From an uncultured Gammaproteobacteria bacterium (GTDB lineage: Bacteria; Patescibacteriota; Patescibacteriia; Patescibacteriales; UBA12465), in NCBI GenBank assembly GCA_964408775.1, contig CAYPAP010000001.1:21404-85403 (forward strand): 64,000 nt of DNA, in the 5' to 3' direction. Within the stretch, counting starts at the first letter, position 1. Every line of letters begins with the position of its first letter. The notes below the pieces were generated by a model, which was not told the origin of the DNA, made no database searches, and was given only the letters and a program-made list of their open reading frames with translations. The position numbers and the translations under genes are program-made. Below, one piece after another: positions 11,286 through 20,575 of the stretch.

Positions 11286-11450
11286 GTAAAAACCGTGTAA
11301 AATTTTATTGTTTGAGCGAAGCCGCGTGAGCGCGAAGCGCTTTTACGTGGCGAGCGAGTTTAAAATTTTACTAGGTTTTATAGCGAGCATCCTGAAATTT
11401 TTATCTGCTGGCGATTTTTGCGCCACTTTTTCTAAAAAAGTGGCATTGAA
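11286..11450. other. GC-rich structured intergenic island (prfB 3' region / pilin-gene 5' region)
   Basis: Local GC far above background; inverted repeats gtaaaatttta/taaaattttac, agcgc-gaa-gcgct, tggcg-atttttg-cgcca and gccacttttt/aaaaagtggc; candidate terminator or ncRNA. Confidence 0.4.
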
Positions 11451-11501
11451 TTAATACTTCCATTATAGCAAAAAAAAATAAATTAACAATAACAAAGAAA
11501 A

Positions 11502-12608
11502 TTATTTATTTTTATTTTTTAGAACAAAACTCAAATACGCTTCAATAAATTCATCCAAGTATCCATCCATCACCTCATCTATTTTATTAGTCGAAAAATT
11601 GGTTCGATGATCCTTGACCATTTGATAGGGCTGAAAAACATAGGAGCGAATTTGTTTTCCCCAAGTTCCCTGTCCAGCATCGCCTTTTATTTTCTTGATA
11701 TTACTATCTATTTCCTCCTGTTGATTTTGGTATAATTTGGCTCGTAATATATCCATCGCCTTATCCTTATTTTGATGTTGCGATCTCTCGCTCTGACAAG
11801 CAACAGAAATTCCCGTAGGAACATGGACAATTCTAACGGCCGAATCCGTGGTATTTACACCTTGCCCACCGGGACCTGAAGATTTATAAGTATCAATTTT
11901 TAATTCGTTATCATTAATTTCTATTAAATTTTCATCTTTTATCTCGGGAATAACCTCCACTCCAGCAAAAGAGGTGTGGCGCATTGACTCAGCATCAAAG
12001 GGAGATATTCGCACCAAACGATGCACTCCATTTTCACTTTTTAAATAACCATAAGCATAGAGACCACTAATTTTTAAAACTGAGCTTTTTATACCAGCTT
12101 CATTCGCCGTACTTCTGTCTAATATTTCCACTTTAAAATTTTTCTTTTCAGCAAAACGCAGATACATTCGCTCCAATATTTCCGCCCAATCACAAGCATC
12201 TACTCCACCACTACCAGCATGAATTGATAAAATGGCCCCACTATCATCGTCCTTGCCAGAAAACATTAATAAAAATTCCAAATCTTTAAATTTGACCTCT
12301 AACTCTTCTAATTTATTAGAAACATCGCTATAAACAGAGTCATCATTATACTGTCCAGCTAAAGCCGCTAACTCTTCGGCAGATCTAACCTCGTCTTCGA
12401 TCTCCTCAAAACGACTTATTTCTGATTTTAAATTCTCTGCTTTCTGACTTATTTTTACAGCCCCCTCTCGATCATCCCAAAAATTATTTTGAGAAATCAA
12501 AAAATTTAACTCATTCCACTGGGCTTTTTTCTTTTCAATATTCAGGGTTTCTTTAACTTTAATAATATCCTCCCTTAAATCATTCAATTTTTTTACTAAA
12601 TTATCCAT
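11502..12608 (-). CDS. prfB: Peptide chain release factor 2
   Basis: 368 aa; GGQ motif (SGPGGQGVNTTDSAVRIVHVPTGI) and SPF tripeptide (RISPFDA) identify RF2; single intact ORF, no +1 frameshift site needed. Confidence 0.9.
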   Translation of the reverse strand: MDNLVKKLNDLREDIIKVKETLNIEKKKAQWNELNFLISQNNFWDDREGAVKISQKAENLKSEISRFEEIEDEVRSAEELAALAGQYNDDSVYSDVSNKLEELEVKFKDLEFLLMFSGKDDDSGAILSIHAGSGGVDACDWAEILERMYLRFAEKKNFKVEILDRSTANEAGIKSSVLKISGLYAYGYLKSENGVHRLVRISPFDAESMRHTSFAGVEVIPEIKDENLIEINDNELKIDTYKSSGPGGQGVNTTDSAVRIVHVPTGISVACQSERSQHQNKDKAMDILRAKLYQNQQEEIDSNIKKIKGDAGQGTWGKQIRSYVFQPYQMVKDHRTNFSTNKIDEVMDGYLDEFIEAYLSFVLKNKNK

Positions 12609-13848
12609 TTAAACTTTTTTTTAATTTTTCCACTAACTTGTCTAATCCTATCCCCCTAGAGGCCTTCACTAAAACAACGTCTCTTTCTGATATTTTTTCA
12701 TTTACTAGGTCAAAAACACCTTCGATATTATCAAAACTAAAAACATTCTTCTCAGAAAGCCCAGTATCAATAGCTCCCCTGGCTGTTTCCAGGCTCTCTT
12801 CTCCTATGGTTATTAGAATATCAACACCGGCCTCTCTTGCTCTCTCTCCGACCAAGTAATGCCCCTCCTTAGAATAATCCCCCAGCTCTAACATGTCACC
12901 AAGTACAAAAATCTTTTTAGCAAAATTATTTTTCATCTCCTTCATTGTTTTCAAGGCACTAAAAGCTGACTCAGGTGAAGCATTATAAGCATCATTAATA
13001 ATTACACTATTTTTTATACCTGACAAAACCTCCATTCTCCCTGGGACAGGTGGAATCTCTTTAAGATGATTAGACACTTCTAATAAATTTAAATTAAAAT
13101 ATGAAGATATCGCTAGAGAAACTAAAACCGAATAAACCATGTGATAACTAACAACCACCGGTAAAAAAACAGGGACGACAGAGCCTTGATAAAAAAGCTT
13201 GAAACTAATACCAAAGGTGTCTCTTGAGGATAAATTGTCCGGCAAGGACAAGGAAATATCCTTAGCCCAAAAATCAGCCCCCTCCTCCAGACCATAAGTA
13301 AGACATTTACTTTTTATCTCTTTAGGTAATTCTTTTAAATATTTATTATCAAAATTTAATATTGCTAAACCATCTTTTTTTAAATTTTTAACTAACTTGG
13401 ATTTTTCATTTTTAATTTTTTCTAGAGTTCCAAAATATTCCAAATGGGAGTGAGAAATATTCGTCAAAATTCCAATATTAGGCTTAACAATGGATAATAA
13501 ATAGTCCATATCACCCTCTCTATCAATCCCCATCTCTAAAATTAAAATTTCAGGATAATTTTTATCTTTAAGTAATAATAATTTTTTAGCTCTCCAAAAA
13601 ACCTTTATCCATCCCCAGGGATTCTTCCCGGGAGATTCTACACCAATAATTGAAAGTGGAAGACCGAACTCGTTATTATAATTTTTCATACTAGATCTAA
13701 CTCTAAAATTGTTAGACAAAACAAAATTAAGCACCTCCTTGGTGCTGGTTTTACCCACACTACCCGTTATGCCAATAACCTGAGGTTGATACTTCTTTAT
13801 AATTAACCTAGAAAACAAGGCTAATATTTTCATTATAATTTTTTTCAT
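12601..13848 (-). CDS. murF: UDP-N-acetylmuramoyl-tripeptide--D-alanyl-D-alanine ligase
   Basis: 415 aa; Mur ligase P-loop 'IGITGSVGKTSTKE'; position after ftsI in the dcw cluster. Confidence 0.75.
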   Translation of the reverse strand: MKKIIMKILALFSRLIIKKYQPQVIGITGSVGKTSTKEVLNFVLSNNFRVRSSMKNYNNEFGLPLSIIGVESPGKNPWGWIKVFWRAKKLLLLKDKNYPEILILEMGIDREGDMDYLLSIVKPNIGILTNISHSHLEYFGTLEKIKNEKSKLVKNLKKDGLAILNFDNKYLKELPKEIKSKCLTYGLEEGADFWAKDISLSLPDNLSSRDTFGISFKLFYQGSVVPVFLPVVVSYHMVYSVLVSLAISSYFNLNLLEVSNHLKEIPPVPGRMEVLSGIKNSVIINDAYNASPESAFSALKTMKEMKNNFAKKIFVLGDMLELGDYSKEGHYLVGERAREAGVDILITIGEESLETARGAIDTGLSEKNVFSFDNIEGVFDLVNEKISERDVVLVKASRGIGLDKLVEKLKKSLNG

Positions 13849-13880
13849 ATTTATTATCTAATATTATATATTACTCAATA

Positions 13881-15974
13881 TTATCTAGTTTTTGGAATCT
13901 GATAATATTTTAACAGAAAATCGGTAATTTCACCAAATACTGAAACAACCGTTCCCTCGGCAAAAACTGAAGTATTAGGATTATCAAATTTAACCAATAA
14001 AACAAATTCGGGGTCTTCAATGGGGCCGTAACCCAGAAAATTATGGACGTATTGACCGCTTAAATAGCCTCCCCGGGGTGAAGGAATCTGAGCTGTTCCA
14101 GTTTTTCCCCCAATATAATAACCTTCAATTTGGGATCTCTTAGCGTGACCATTTTCTACCACGTTAACCAGCATAGCAGAAACGGTCTCGGCTGTTTCCT
14201 CTGAAATAACGCGACGAACAATCTGTGGCTCAGTCTTTTTGATAACATTACCTTGATCGTCTGTTATCTCATCTACTATATAGGGCTTCATCAAAACACC
14301 CTTATTAGCAATAGCCGAATAGGCCGAAATCATCTGTAATGGAGTAACGGCTATCCCCTGCCCAAAAGAAGCCGTAGTAAAGTCAATATCCTTAACATTA
14401 TTAACTAGTAAGTTTTTAATATTGCCCGAAACTTCTCCGCTCAACTCAATTCCAGTTCTATCATTAAAACCAAACTTTTTTAAATAATCAGAAAACATCT
14501 GAGGTCCAACCTGATTGGCCGCAAAAATAGCTCCTGTATTTAAAGAATTTTCTAAAACATAATTCATATCCACCAAACCATGACCGCCCTTAGTGCTAAA
14601 ATCAGAATTACTAATTGGCTTTGGCCAACCCTTAATATTAATTTGTCCATAATCAGTATATAGAGTTTTAGGGGTTATTTTACCCTGATCAATAGCAATA
14701 GCCATGGTTATAGTTTTAAAAACCGACCCAGGCTCATATTGATGTGAAATAGCAGTATTATCAAATAAACTTGACTCTTCAACTTCCTGATAATTATTAG
14801 GATCGAATCCAGGCCACAAACACATTGCAACTATCTGACCATTTTTAGGATTCATTACTATAATACTACCACTGCTAAATTGATGTTTCTTTTGAGCCTC
14901 TTCTAACTTCTGGCAAACACTAGTCTGAACTCCGTAATCAATGGTCAAGACTAAATTGTTACCATTAACCGGAGCCTGATACTCTCTTTTATCAATAATT
15001 ATCTTTTCGCCTCGATAACTACCCTTATCACCTAATAAAAAACCATCTTGACCCTGTAAGTAACTATTGAAGTATCCCTCCAATCCATAGTTTCCGACAT
15101 TTTCCATATTAGAAAAACCTAAAACATTGGACAGCATAGTTTTTTCTGGATAATAGCGAAAAACCTCCCACTCAAGATGAAAACCTCTAATTTCCAAGCT
15201 AATATCGCGACCATCTGGTAAAAAAATATGTCCCTTTTTCACACTCAAATCCGCGGGTGATTCTATGGAAAATTTATCTTTTAAGACTGAAAAGTAAAAT
15301 TTAATCAAATCTTCTCGCTCCACTTTTCTTTTCAGTAAACGTGAATATTTTTCCTTAACATTAACTCTATTAAAATAATCACTAATAATAATTTGCTTTC
15401 TCTCATTTATTTCTAACTCCCTTTTAACAGTTCGAAATTCCAGCCACTCTTCATTTCTCTTTAGCACATCATGTCGAACGGCCACCTCTTGCTTTTTTAG
15501 GGCCCTCTCTTCCTCCGACAAAGAAAGACTGTCGACATATTTTAATTCATCCTCTAATTCTTTTTTATCTTGTTCTTCTAAAATTTTATCCACCTCCCGC
15601 TCAACCTCGTCTTTATGAAAAACAATATAGACATGCTCTAAAATATCTAAAATCTCCTCTTCATATAAAGCTCTAGGATTTATATACATAGCAGCATATT
15701 CTTTATTAACAGCCAATGGATGAAGACTGGAATCATTTTGTTTTAAATAAATTTCTCCTCTTCGTGCTAATAATTCACTATAAATATTGTGTTGCTGCTC
15801 CGCCCTAGCTACATATTTTTCACCATTGATAATTTGAATAGAATAAAGTTTGTAGATTAAGGAGGCGAAAATTAAAAAAATAATCGCTAATAAATAATTG
15901 AGGCGATTATTATTGAAACCCTTTTTATTAATATTTCTAGCCCTATCCTTTCTTTTCGAAAAATCGGAGGTCAT
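13881..15974 (-). CDS. ftsI: Penicillin-binding protein 2/FtsI-type transpeptidase
   Basis: 697 aa; N-terminal TM anchor; SVFK (SxxK) active-site motif; unusual ~150-aa charged coiled-coil insertion in the N-terminal module. Confidence 0.85.
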   Translation of the reverse strand: MTSDFSKRKDRARNINKKGFNNNRLNYLLAIIFLIFASLIYKLYSIQIINGEKYVARAEQQHNIYSELLARRGEIYLKQNDSSLHPLAVNKEYAAMYINPRALYEEEILDILEHVYIVFHKDEVEREVDKILEEQDKKELEDELKYVDSLSLSEEERALKKQEVAVRHDVLKRNEEWLEFRTVKRELEINERKQIIISDYFNRVNVKEKYSRLLKRKVEREDLIKFYFSVLKDKFSIESPADLSVKKGHIFLPDGRDISLEIRGFHLEWEVFRYYPEKTMLSNVLGFSNMENVGNYGLEGYFNSYLQGQDGFLLGDKGSYRGEKIIIDKREYQAPVNGNNLVLTIDYGVQTSVCQKLEEAQKKHQFSSGSIIVMNPKNGQIVAMCLWPGFDPNNYQEVEESSLFDNTAISHQYEPGSVFKTITMAIAIDQGKITPKTLYTDYGQINIKGWPKPISNSDFSTKGGHGLVDMNYVLENSLNTGAIFAANQVGPQMFSDYLKKFGFNDRTGIELSGEVSGNIKNLLVNNVKDIDFTTASFGQGIAVTPLQMISAYSAIANKGVLMKPYIVDEITDDQGNVIKKTEPQIVRRVISEETAETVSAMLVNVVENGHAKRSQIEGYYIGGKTGTAQIPSPRGGYLSGQYVHNFLGYGPIEDPEFVLLVKFDNPNTSVFAEGTVVSVFGEITDFLLKYYQIPKTR

Positions 15975-15997
15975 CTTTAATAAATTTAATTCTAATT

Positions 15998-16303
15998 TTA
16001 TTTTTTAGCCAAAGAATCGTCACCTGCACTGATATAATCAATTTCAGAAACCTTAACCATACTCAAATCCTTGAGACGAGAACTAACATTCTCATAGGAT
16101 TCTAAGGAATTCTTTTTCAACTCCATATCACGCCTTTCTTCATTTAATAGGTTTAGCCTAGCCTTTGATTGCTCTAATTCTAAATTCTTTATCATCACAT
16201 CGTCCATACTCTTTAGAAAGAAAAATCCACCGACCAAAAGAAGCAGAACTAAACACAGATTAAAGGCTCCAAACAAACTATTTTTTCTTTTTCCTGTTTT
16301 CAT
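15998..16303 (-). CDS. ftsL: Cell division protein FtsL-like (single TM + coiled coil)
   Basis: 101 aa; N-terminal TM then leucine-zipper-like coiled coil; lies between rsmH and ftsI. Confidence 0.55.
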   Translation of the reverse strand: MKTGKRKNSLFGAFNLCLVLLLLVGGFFFLKSMDDVMIKNLELEQSKARLNLLNEERRDMELKKNSLESYENVSSRLKDLSMVKVSEIDYISAGDDSLAKK

Positions 16304-16351
16304 ATTTTTATTGAATTAACTTAATTATTTCAATAATCAAGTTAACTTTAT

Positions 16352-17245
16352 TTATAATTTTTCAATAGCTCTTAATTTGGCGCTACGTGAGCGAGGGTTG
16401 CTGCTTAATTCTTCATTTCCAGGAGTTAAAGGTTTGTTGGTTAATATTTTTAAAATTGGTTTTTCTTGTCTCGCTAGATCTTTAAAAAAATTTTTTACGA
16501 TCCTATCTTCTAGGCTATGAAAGGACACTACTACTAAGCGACCACCTTTTTTTAATAATTTGATACTAGCTGGGAGAAATTTTTCTAAACTTTCTAACTC
16601 TTTGTTAGTCTCCATTCTCAGGGCCTGGAAAGTTTTGGTGGCTGGATGTATTTTTCTGGGCCAAAATTTTCTAGGGATAGAGGCTTTTACAATCTCAACT
16701 AAGTCTTGAGTGGTTTTTATTTTATTCTTTCTGCGATGAAGAACAATATTATGAGCGATTCTCCTGGCCCAAGGCTCTTGACCGTACTCTTTTATAACTC
16801 TTTCTAAATCTTTTATATTATAATTACTAACAATAAATCTAGTGTCTGTTAAAATTTGGGGGCCGAACGACATATCCAAGTCGCTATCGTTTAAAAATGA
16901 GAACCCCCTGCTATCATCATCCAATTGAGCTGAGGATAGGCCCAGGTCAACCACAATTCCATCAAATTTCATCCCCTTTTTATTTTTAAGAACAATTTCC
17001 TCTAGATTAGAAAAATTATCATTAACAACAATTACATTTTTATATTCATTTTTTAAAAAATTATCTACAGCTAGGGGGTCTAGATCTATGGAAATTAGAG
17101 TACCCTTGTCCCCTATCTTTTCGGAGATTATCTTTGAATAACCTCCTCCACCCAAAGTTCCGTCAATATAATTGCCTGAGGCCTTAATGTCCAAAAAGTC
17201 GAGCGCTTCTTTGAGCATAACTGGGATGTGAGAATAATTACTCAT
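16352..17245 (-). CDS. rsmH: 16S rRNA (cytosine1402-N4)-methyltransferase
   Basis: 'HIPVMLKEALDFL' N-terminus and SAM-methyltransferase motifs; start trimmed to the internal Met to remove overlap with mraZ. Confidence 0.85.
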   Translation of the reverse strand: MSNYSHIPVMLKEALDFLDIKASGNYIDGTLGGGGYSKIISEKIGDKGTLISIDLDPLAVDNFLKNEYKNVIVVNDNFSNLEEIVLKNKKGMKFDGIVVDLGLSSAQLDDDSRGFSFLNDSDLDMSFGPQILTDTRFIVSNYNIKDLERVIKEYGQEPWARRIAHNIVLHRRKNKIKTTQDLVEIVKASIPRKFWPRKIHPATKTFQALRMETNKELESLEKFLPASIKLLKKGGRLVVVSFHSLEDRIVKNFFKDLARQEKPILKILTNKPLTPGNEELSSNPRSRSAKLRAIEKL

Positions 17246-17255
17246 ATATCCCAAA

Positions 17256-17687
17256 TTAAATTCCCAACTCTCCCAACTCCTCGGCAATGGCATTACTATT
17301 TTTTTCTGATTCCTTCTTATAATCGCTCCATCTATCTTTATCCCAAATTTCTAAATGATTGTACAAACCAGCAACAATTACGCTTTTTTTTAAATTAGAA
17401 AAATCACGCAAGTATTCTGGTAGAGTCACTCTTCCCTGACTATCAAATTCTAACTCCATAGCTCCAGCTAACAAGTGACGAGCAAAAGCCCTGGCCTTAG
17501 CCTGGCTAATAGGAAGAGTCGCTAATTTCTGAGCAATCTTCTCCCATTGATCTTTTGTGTATAAAAATAAACAATTATCCAAACCCTTAGTAACGACCCC
17601 GCCTTTCTTTAGCAAAGCCCTAAACTTAGCCGGAATAGCCAATCTACCCTTTTCATCTAAGTTGTGATTGTATTCTCCGATAAACAT
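17256..17687 (-). CDS. mraZ: Transcriptional regulator MraZ
   Basis: 143 aa; duplicated 'DEKGRLAIPAKFR / DSQGRVTLPEYLR' MraZ motifs. Confidence 0.9.
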   Translation of the reverse strand: MFIGEYNHNLDEKGRLAIPAKFRALLKKGGVVTKGLDNCLFLYTKDQWEKIAQKLATLPISQAKARAFARHLLAGAMELEFDSQGRVTLPEYLRDFSNLKKSVIVAGLYNHLEIWDKDRWSDYKKESEKNSNAIAEELGELGI

Positions 17688-17842
17688 AAAGGTTAAAATA
17701 ATTGTTTATTTTTTATATTTTGTATATTTTGCTAGGGTTTCAATTTTTCCTTTTTAATATCTAAATGGAATTCCCCACTATTCCCCCTACAACTATAATT
17801 ATACACCACTTTTCCCCCTGGGTCAACACTAAGTTATAACAA

Positions 17843-17868
17843 AAAAGCCTAGCAAAAATAGGCTTTAG
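17843..17868. terminator. Hairpin (aagccta-gcaaaaa-taggctt) between sodA and mraZ
   Basis: 7-bp stem, 7-nt loop, flanked by A/T runs. Confidence 0.4.
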
Positions 17869-17885
17869 AGCAATTATAAATAAAA

Positions 17886-17919
17886 ACAGGCTAACTTATT
17901 CACAGTTAGCCTGTTTTTC
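17886..17919. terminator. Bidirectional intrinsic terminator downstream of sodA
   Basis: acaggctaac-ttattcaca-gttagcctgt (10-bp perfect stem) flanked by AAAAA upstream and TTTTT downstream. Confidence 0.7.
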
Positions 17920-17978
17920 ACAAAAAACTATCTAAATCTTATCAACAAATTATAAACAGTTAATCCCCAGTTAAGGAT

Positions 17979-18581
17979 TTAGACGCTAAAAGCGTTTTTA
18001 AAATTAACCTCCATAAAATCCCAATCTAATAATTCATTTATAACAACATCCAAATACTCGGCCCTTCTATTTCTATAGTCTACATAATAAGCGTGCTCCC
18101 AAACATCTATTGTTAAGAGGGGTGTTTGCCCCTGATTTAGGGGATTGATCGCGTTAGAGGTTGAAACTATTTTCATATCCTGATTATCTAAGACGACCCA
18201 AGCCCAGCCACTGCCAAATTGAGACAGGGCAACCTTTTTTAATTCTTCCTTGAACTCAAGCAAGGAAGAAAAATGCTCTTCTATTTTTCCTAATAAAAAT
18301 TTAGAGGGCTCTTTTCTTTTTGGACTTAAACTCTGCCAATAAAAATCATGATTAAAAACTTGAGCGGCATTATTATAAACAACTTTTAAGTTTTCCTGAT
18401 TAAAAGATTTTTTTATTATTTCTATCAGGCTTTTATCTTCTAAATCAGTTCCGGAAATTAATTTTAATAGATTATCGAAATAAGATCGATGATGCTTGCC
18501 ATGATGCAGATCAAAGGTCTCATTAGAGATTCTATTAGAGAAATTAGATGGGCTATAAGGTAGTTCAAAAAGATTTAGCAT
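17979..18581 (-). CDS. sodA: Fe/Mn superoxide dismutase
   Basis: 200 aa; 'DVWEHAYYVDYRNRRAEYL' C-terminal metal-binding signature. Confidence 0.9.
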   Translation of the reverse strand: MLNLFELPYSPSNFSNRISNETFDLHHGKHHRSYFDNLLKLISGTDLEDKSLIEIIKKSFNQENLKVVYNNAAQVFNHDFYWQSLSPKRKEPSKFLLGKIEEHFSSLLEFKEELKKVALSQFGSGWAWVVLDNQDMKIVSTSNAINPLNQGQTPLLTIDVWEHAYYVDYRNRRAEYLDVVINELLDWDFMEVNFKNAFSV

Positions 18582-18616
18582 ACTTTTAAAAATTAATTAT
18601 TATCTATTTTTATAAA

Positions 18617-19540
18617 TTATTTATATCTTATATAATTGTCCTCCGATAAAACATCTAGCTCAGGAATAATCTCTACTCGACTGACTGAGCTGATAGAGTT
18701 AACCCAAGAGATATTAATAGCTCTCTCCTCCATTGACATTAATTCATAAACCATATATTTATTCACGCCAATAATACTATTTTGATTAAATAACACTATA
18801 GACAATGGTACTTCCCAATAATTATAGGGGCTATTGTTTTTAATCTTAAAGCTTAGACTGTTACTATTACCGGGCTCAACCTGAGAGCCACTAATAGACT
18901 CAAATTTTTCATCTAAAATGTAAAAATTAGATCTATCTTTATAATAATTTTCCCAAGCTCCATAGCGCTTAACATCTACTCTTTGCCAATTAATATTTTT
19001 AATTACAAATTTTAAATTACTAATACGACCGCTAAAATCAACTGCTAAGTTTATTAGATATTTTTCCTCTTCGGGTAAAATTGTGGACCTACCGCAAGAA
19101 ACTTCAACATCCTCACTAAGAAAGCAATAGTTAACAAAAGAGATAAAATTATCGTTGGGATTTTTTATCCTATTAACAAAATCGTACTTACCATTATGAA
19201 GAAAACTCTGTGGAGAACCAACGCTCAGTGACTCGGCTGAACGAGTGGCACCAAAATTGACCGTGATAGTTGAAAGCTCTCTTAATATTCTTAACTCTTC
19301 TGGTCTGTTTTTTATATAAGAATAAAGATTTAAAAAAACCCTAGAATACAAAAAGATGGATAGTAAAATAAGGGCTAAAATTAAGATTATAACAAAAGAC
19401 CTTCGATTTCTTATAAACCATAAACCAAAGTTTAGGCGGCGCAAAGACTCCCCCTTATCACTATTATATTTACTAAGATCTATTTCTTTTTCCGTGTCAC
19501 CACGAAAGTCTTTTTCTAAATTATTTTTTTCATTGTCCAT
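18617..19540 (-). CDS. Hypothetical membrane-anchored extracytoplasmic protein
   Basis: 307 aa; charged N-terminus, one TM (FVIILILALILLSIFLY), large C-terminal domain with no recognisable motifs. Confidence 0.5.
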   Translation of the reverse strand: MDNEKNNLEKDFRGDTEKEIDLSKYNSDKGESLRRLNFGLWFIRNRRSFVIILILALILLSIFLYSRVFLNLYSYIKNRPEELRILRELSTITVNFGATRSAESLSVGSPQSFLHNGKYDFVNRIKNPNDNFISFVNYCFLSEDVEVSCGRSTILPEEEKYLINLAVDFSGRISNLKFVIKNINWQRVDVKRYGAWENYYKDRSNFYILDEKFESISGSQVEPGNSNSLSFKIKNNSPYNYWEVPLSIVLFNQNSIIGVNKYMVYELMSMEERAINISWVNSISSVSRVEIIPELDVLSEDNYIRYK

Positions 19541-19611
19541 ATTCTTGAAAAATGTTATAATTTAATCATGCTAATATTATAACATAATTTTATAATTTTA
19601 AAAACAATTAT

Positions 19612-20457
19612 ATGAAAACCAACGTCCCCCTTAATGTCCCTAAAAAAATAAGGAAAGTTTATGAAAAAAACTTTCGACATGCAACAATGAACACTGGCAA
19701 ACTATTTTTATTTGCTGGCGATCAAAAAATTGAACACCTAAACGAAGACTTTTCTGATAAATTTAAAAACTCTGATCCCGAACATCTATTTAAAATTGCC
19801 TCGCAGGCCAAGGTTGGGGTTTTTGCTGCCCATCTAGGATTAATATCTCGTTATGGTGAAAAATATAAAAAAATCCCCTATTTGATAAAATTAAACGGAA
19901 AAAGTAATTTAGTAAAAACACAAGACCCCTTAAGTCTTTCTTTATGGTCAATCGATGATGTAATCAATTTTAAAAAACAAAGTAACTTAAATATTCTAGG
20001 TGTTGGCTATACTTTATATCTGGGAAGTGAATACGAAAATGAAATGATGGTAGAGGCAGCCAAAATCATAAACCAAGCTCACGAAAATGGGCTACTGGCT
20101 GTTTTATGGATATACCCCAGAGGAAAAAATATTAAAAATGAAAAATCTCTAGACTTGCTAGCTGGTGCGGCTGGGGTAGGCTTATGCTTGGGTGCTGATT
20201 TTATTAAACTTAACTATCCCCTGGGAGAAAGTGAAAAAGAAGCCAAAAAATTCAATAAAGTTATAATAGCTGGAGGAAATACTGGCATAATATGCTCTGG
20301 CGGATCAAAAATCAGCGAAACCAAATTGCTCAAAACTATCAAAAATCAAATAAAAATTTCAGGGGCTCGAGGATGTGCTCTTGGACGAAACATTCATCAA
20401 AACGATTTAAAAACAGCGGTTTCCCTGGCTAATAAAATCAGCAAATTAATGAAATAA
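19612..20457 (+). CDS. Class I fructose-bisphosphate aldolase, archaeal/DhnA type (DeoC/LacD-like TIM barrel)
   Basis: 281 aa; 'GADFIKLNYP' Schiff-base lysine motif as in DhnA/FbaB; size fits the archaeal-type class I FBA. Confidence 0.55.
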   Translation: MKTNVPLNVPKKIRKVYEKNFRHATMNTGKLFLFAGDQKIEHLNEDFSDKFKNSDPEHLFKIASQAKVGVFAAHLGLISRYGEKYKKIPYLIKLNGKSNLVKTQDPLSLSLWSIDDVINFKKQSNLNILGVGYTLYLGSEYENEMMVEAAKIINQAHENGLLAVLWIYPRGKNIKNEKSLDLLAGAAGVGLCLGADFIKLNYPLGESEKEAKKFNKVIIAGGNTGIICSGGSKISETKLLKTIKNQIKISGARGCALGRNIHQNDLKTAVSLANKISKLMK

Positions 20458-20520
20458 AAAAACATAGTCAGGTAAAATTTTCCTAGTCTTAACCAATAAA
20501 TATAATATTCCCTAGCTAAT

Positions 20521-20550
20521 AAAAAAGTAGATCTAAAAATCTACTTTTTT
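20521..20550. terminator. Bidirectional terminator between convergent aldolase and thrS
   Basis: aaaaaa-AAGTAGAT-ctaaaa-ATCTACTT-tttttt; 8-bp stem with A and T runs on both sides. Confidence 0.7.
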
Positions 20551-20575
20551 GTATACATAAAATTTAAAATACTAA

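Noticed and set aside
11502-12608. Programmed +1 frameshift in prfB, or UGA recoding (absence of RF2), as in some CPR lineages
   Set aside because: RF2 (SPF motif) is encoded as a single uninterrupted 368-aa ORF starting with Met. Several genes, including the recombinase, terminate with TGA. Standard code 11 with no prfB frameshift is most consistent.
17687-17979. Possible ncRNA (SRP, RNase P, tmRNA or 6S) in the 290-bp sodA-mraZ spacer and the other longer spacers
   Set aside because: No conserved signature sequences of these RNAs were recognised, only terminator-type hairpins and AT-rich promoter-like DNA. This cannot be excluded without covariance-model searches.
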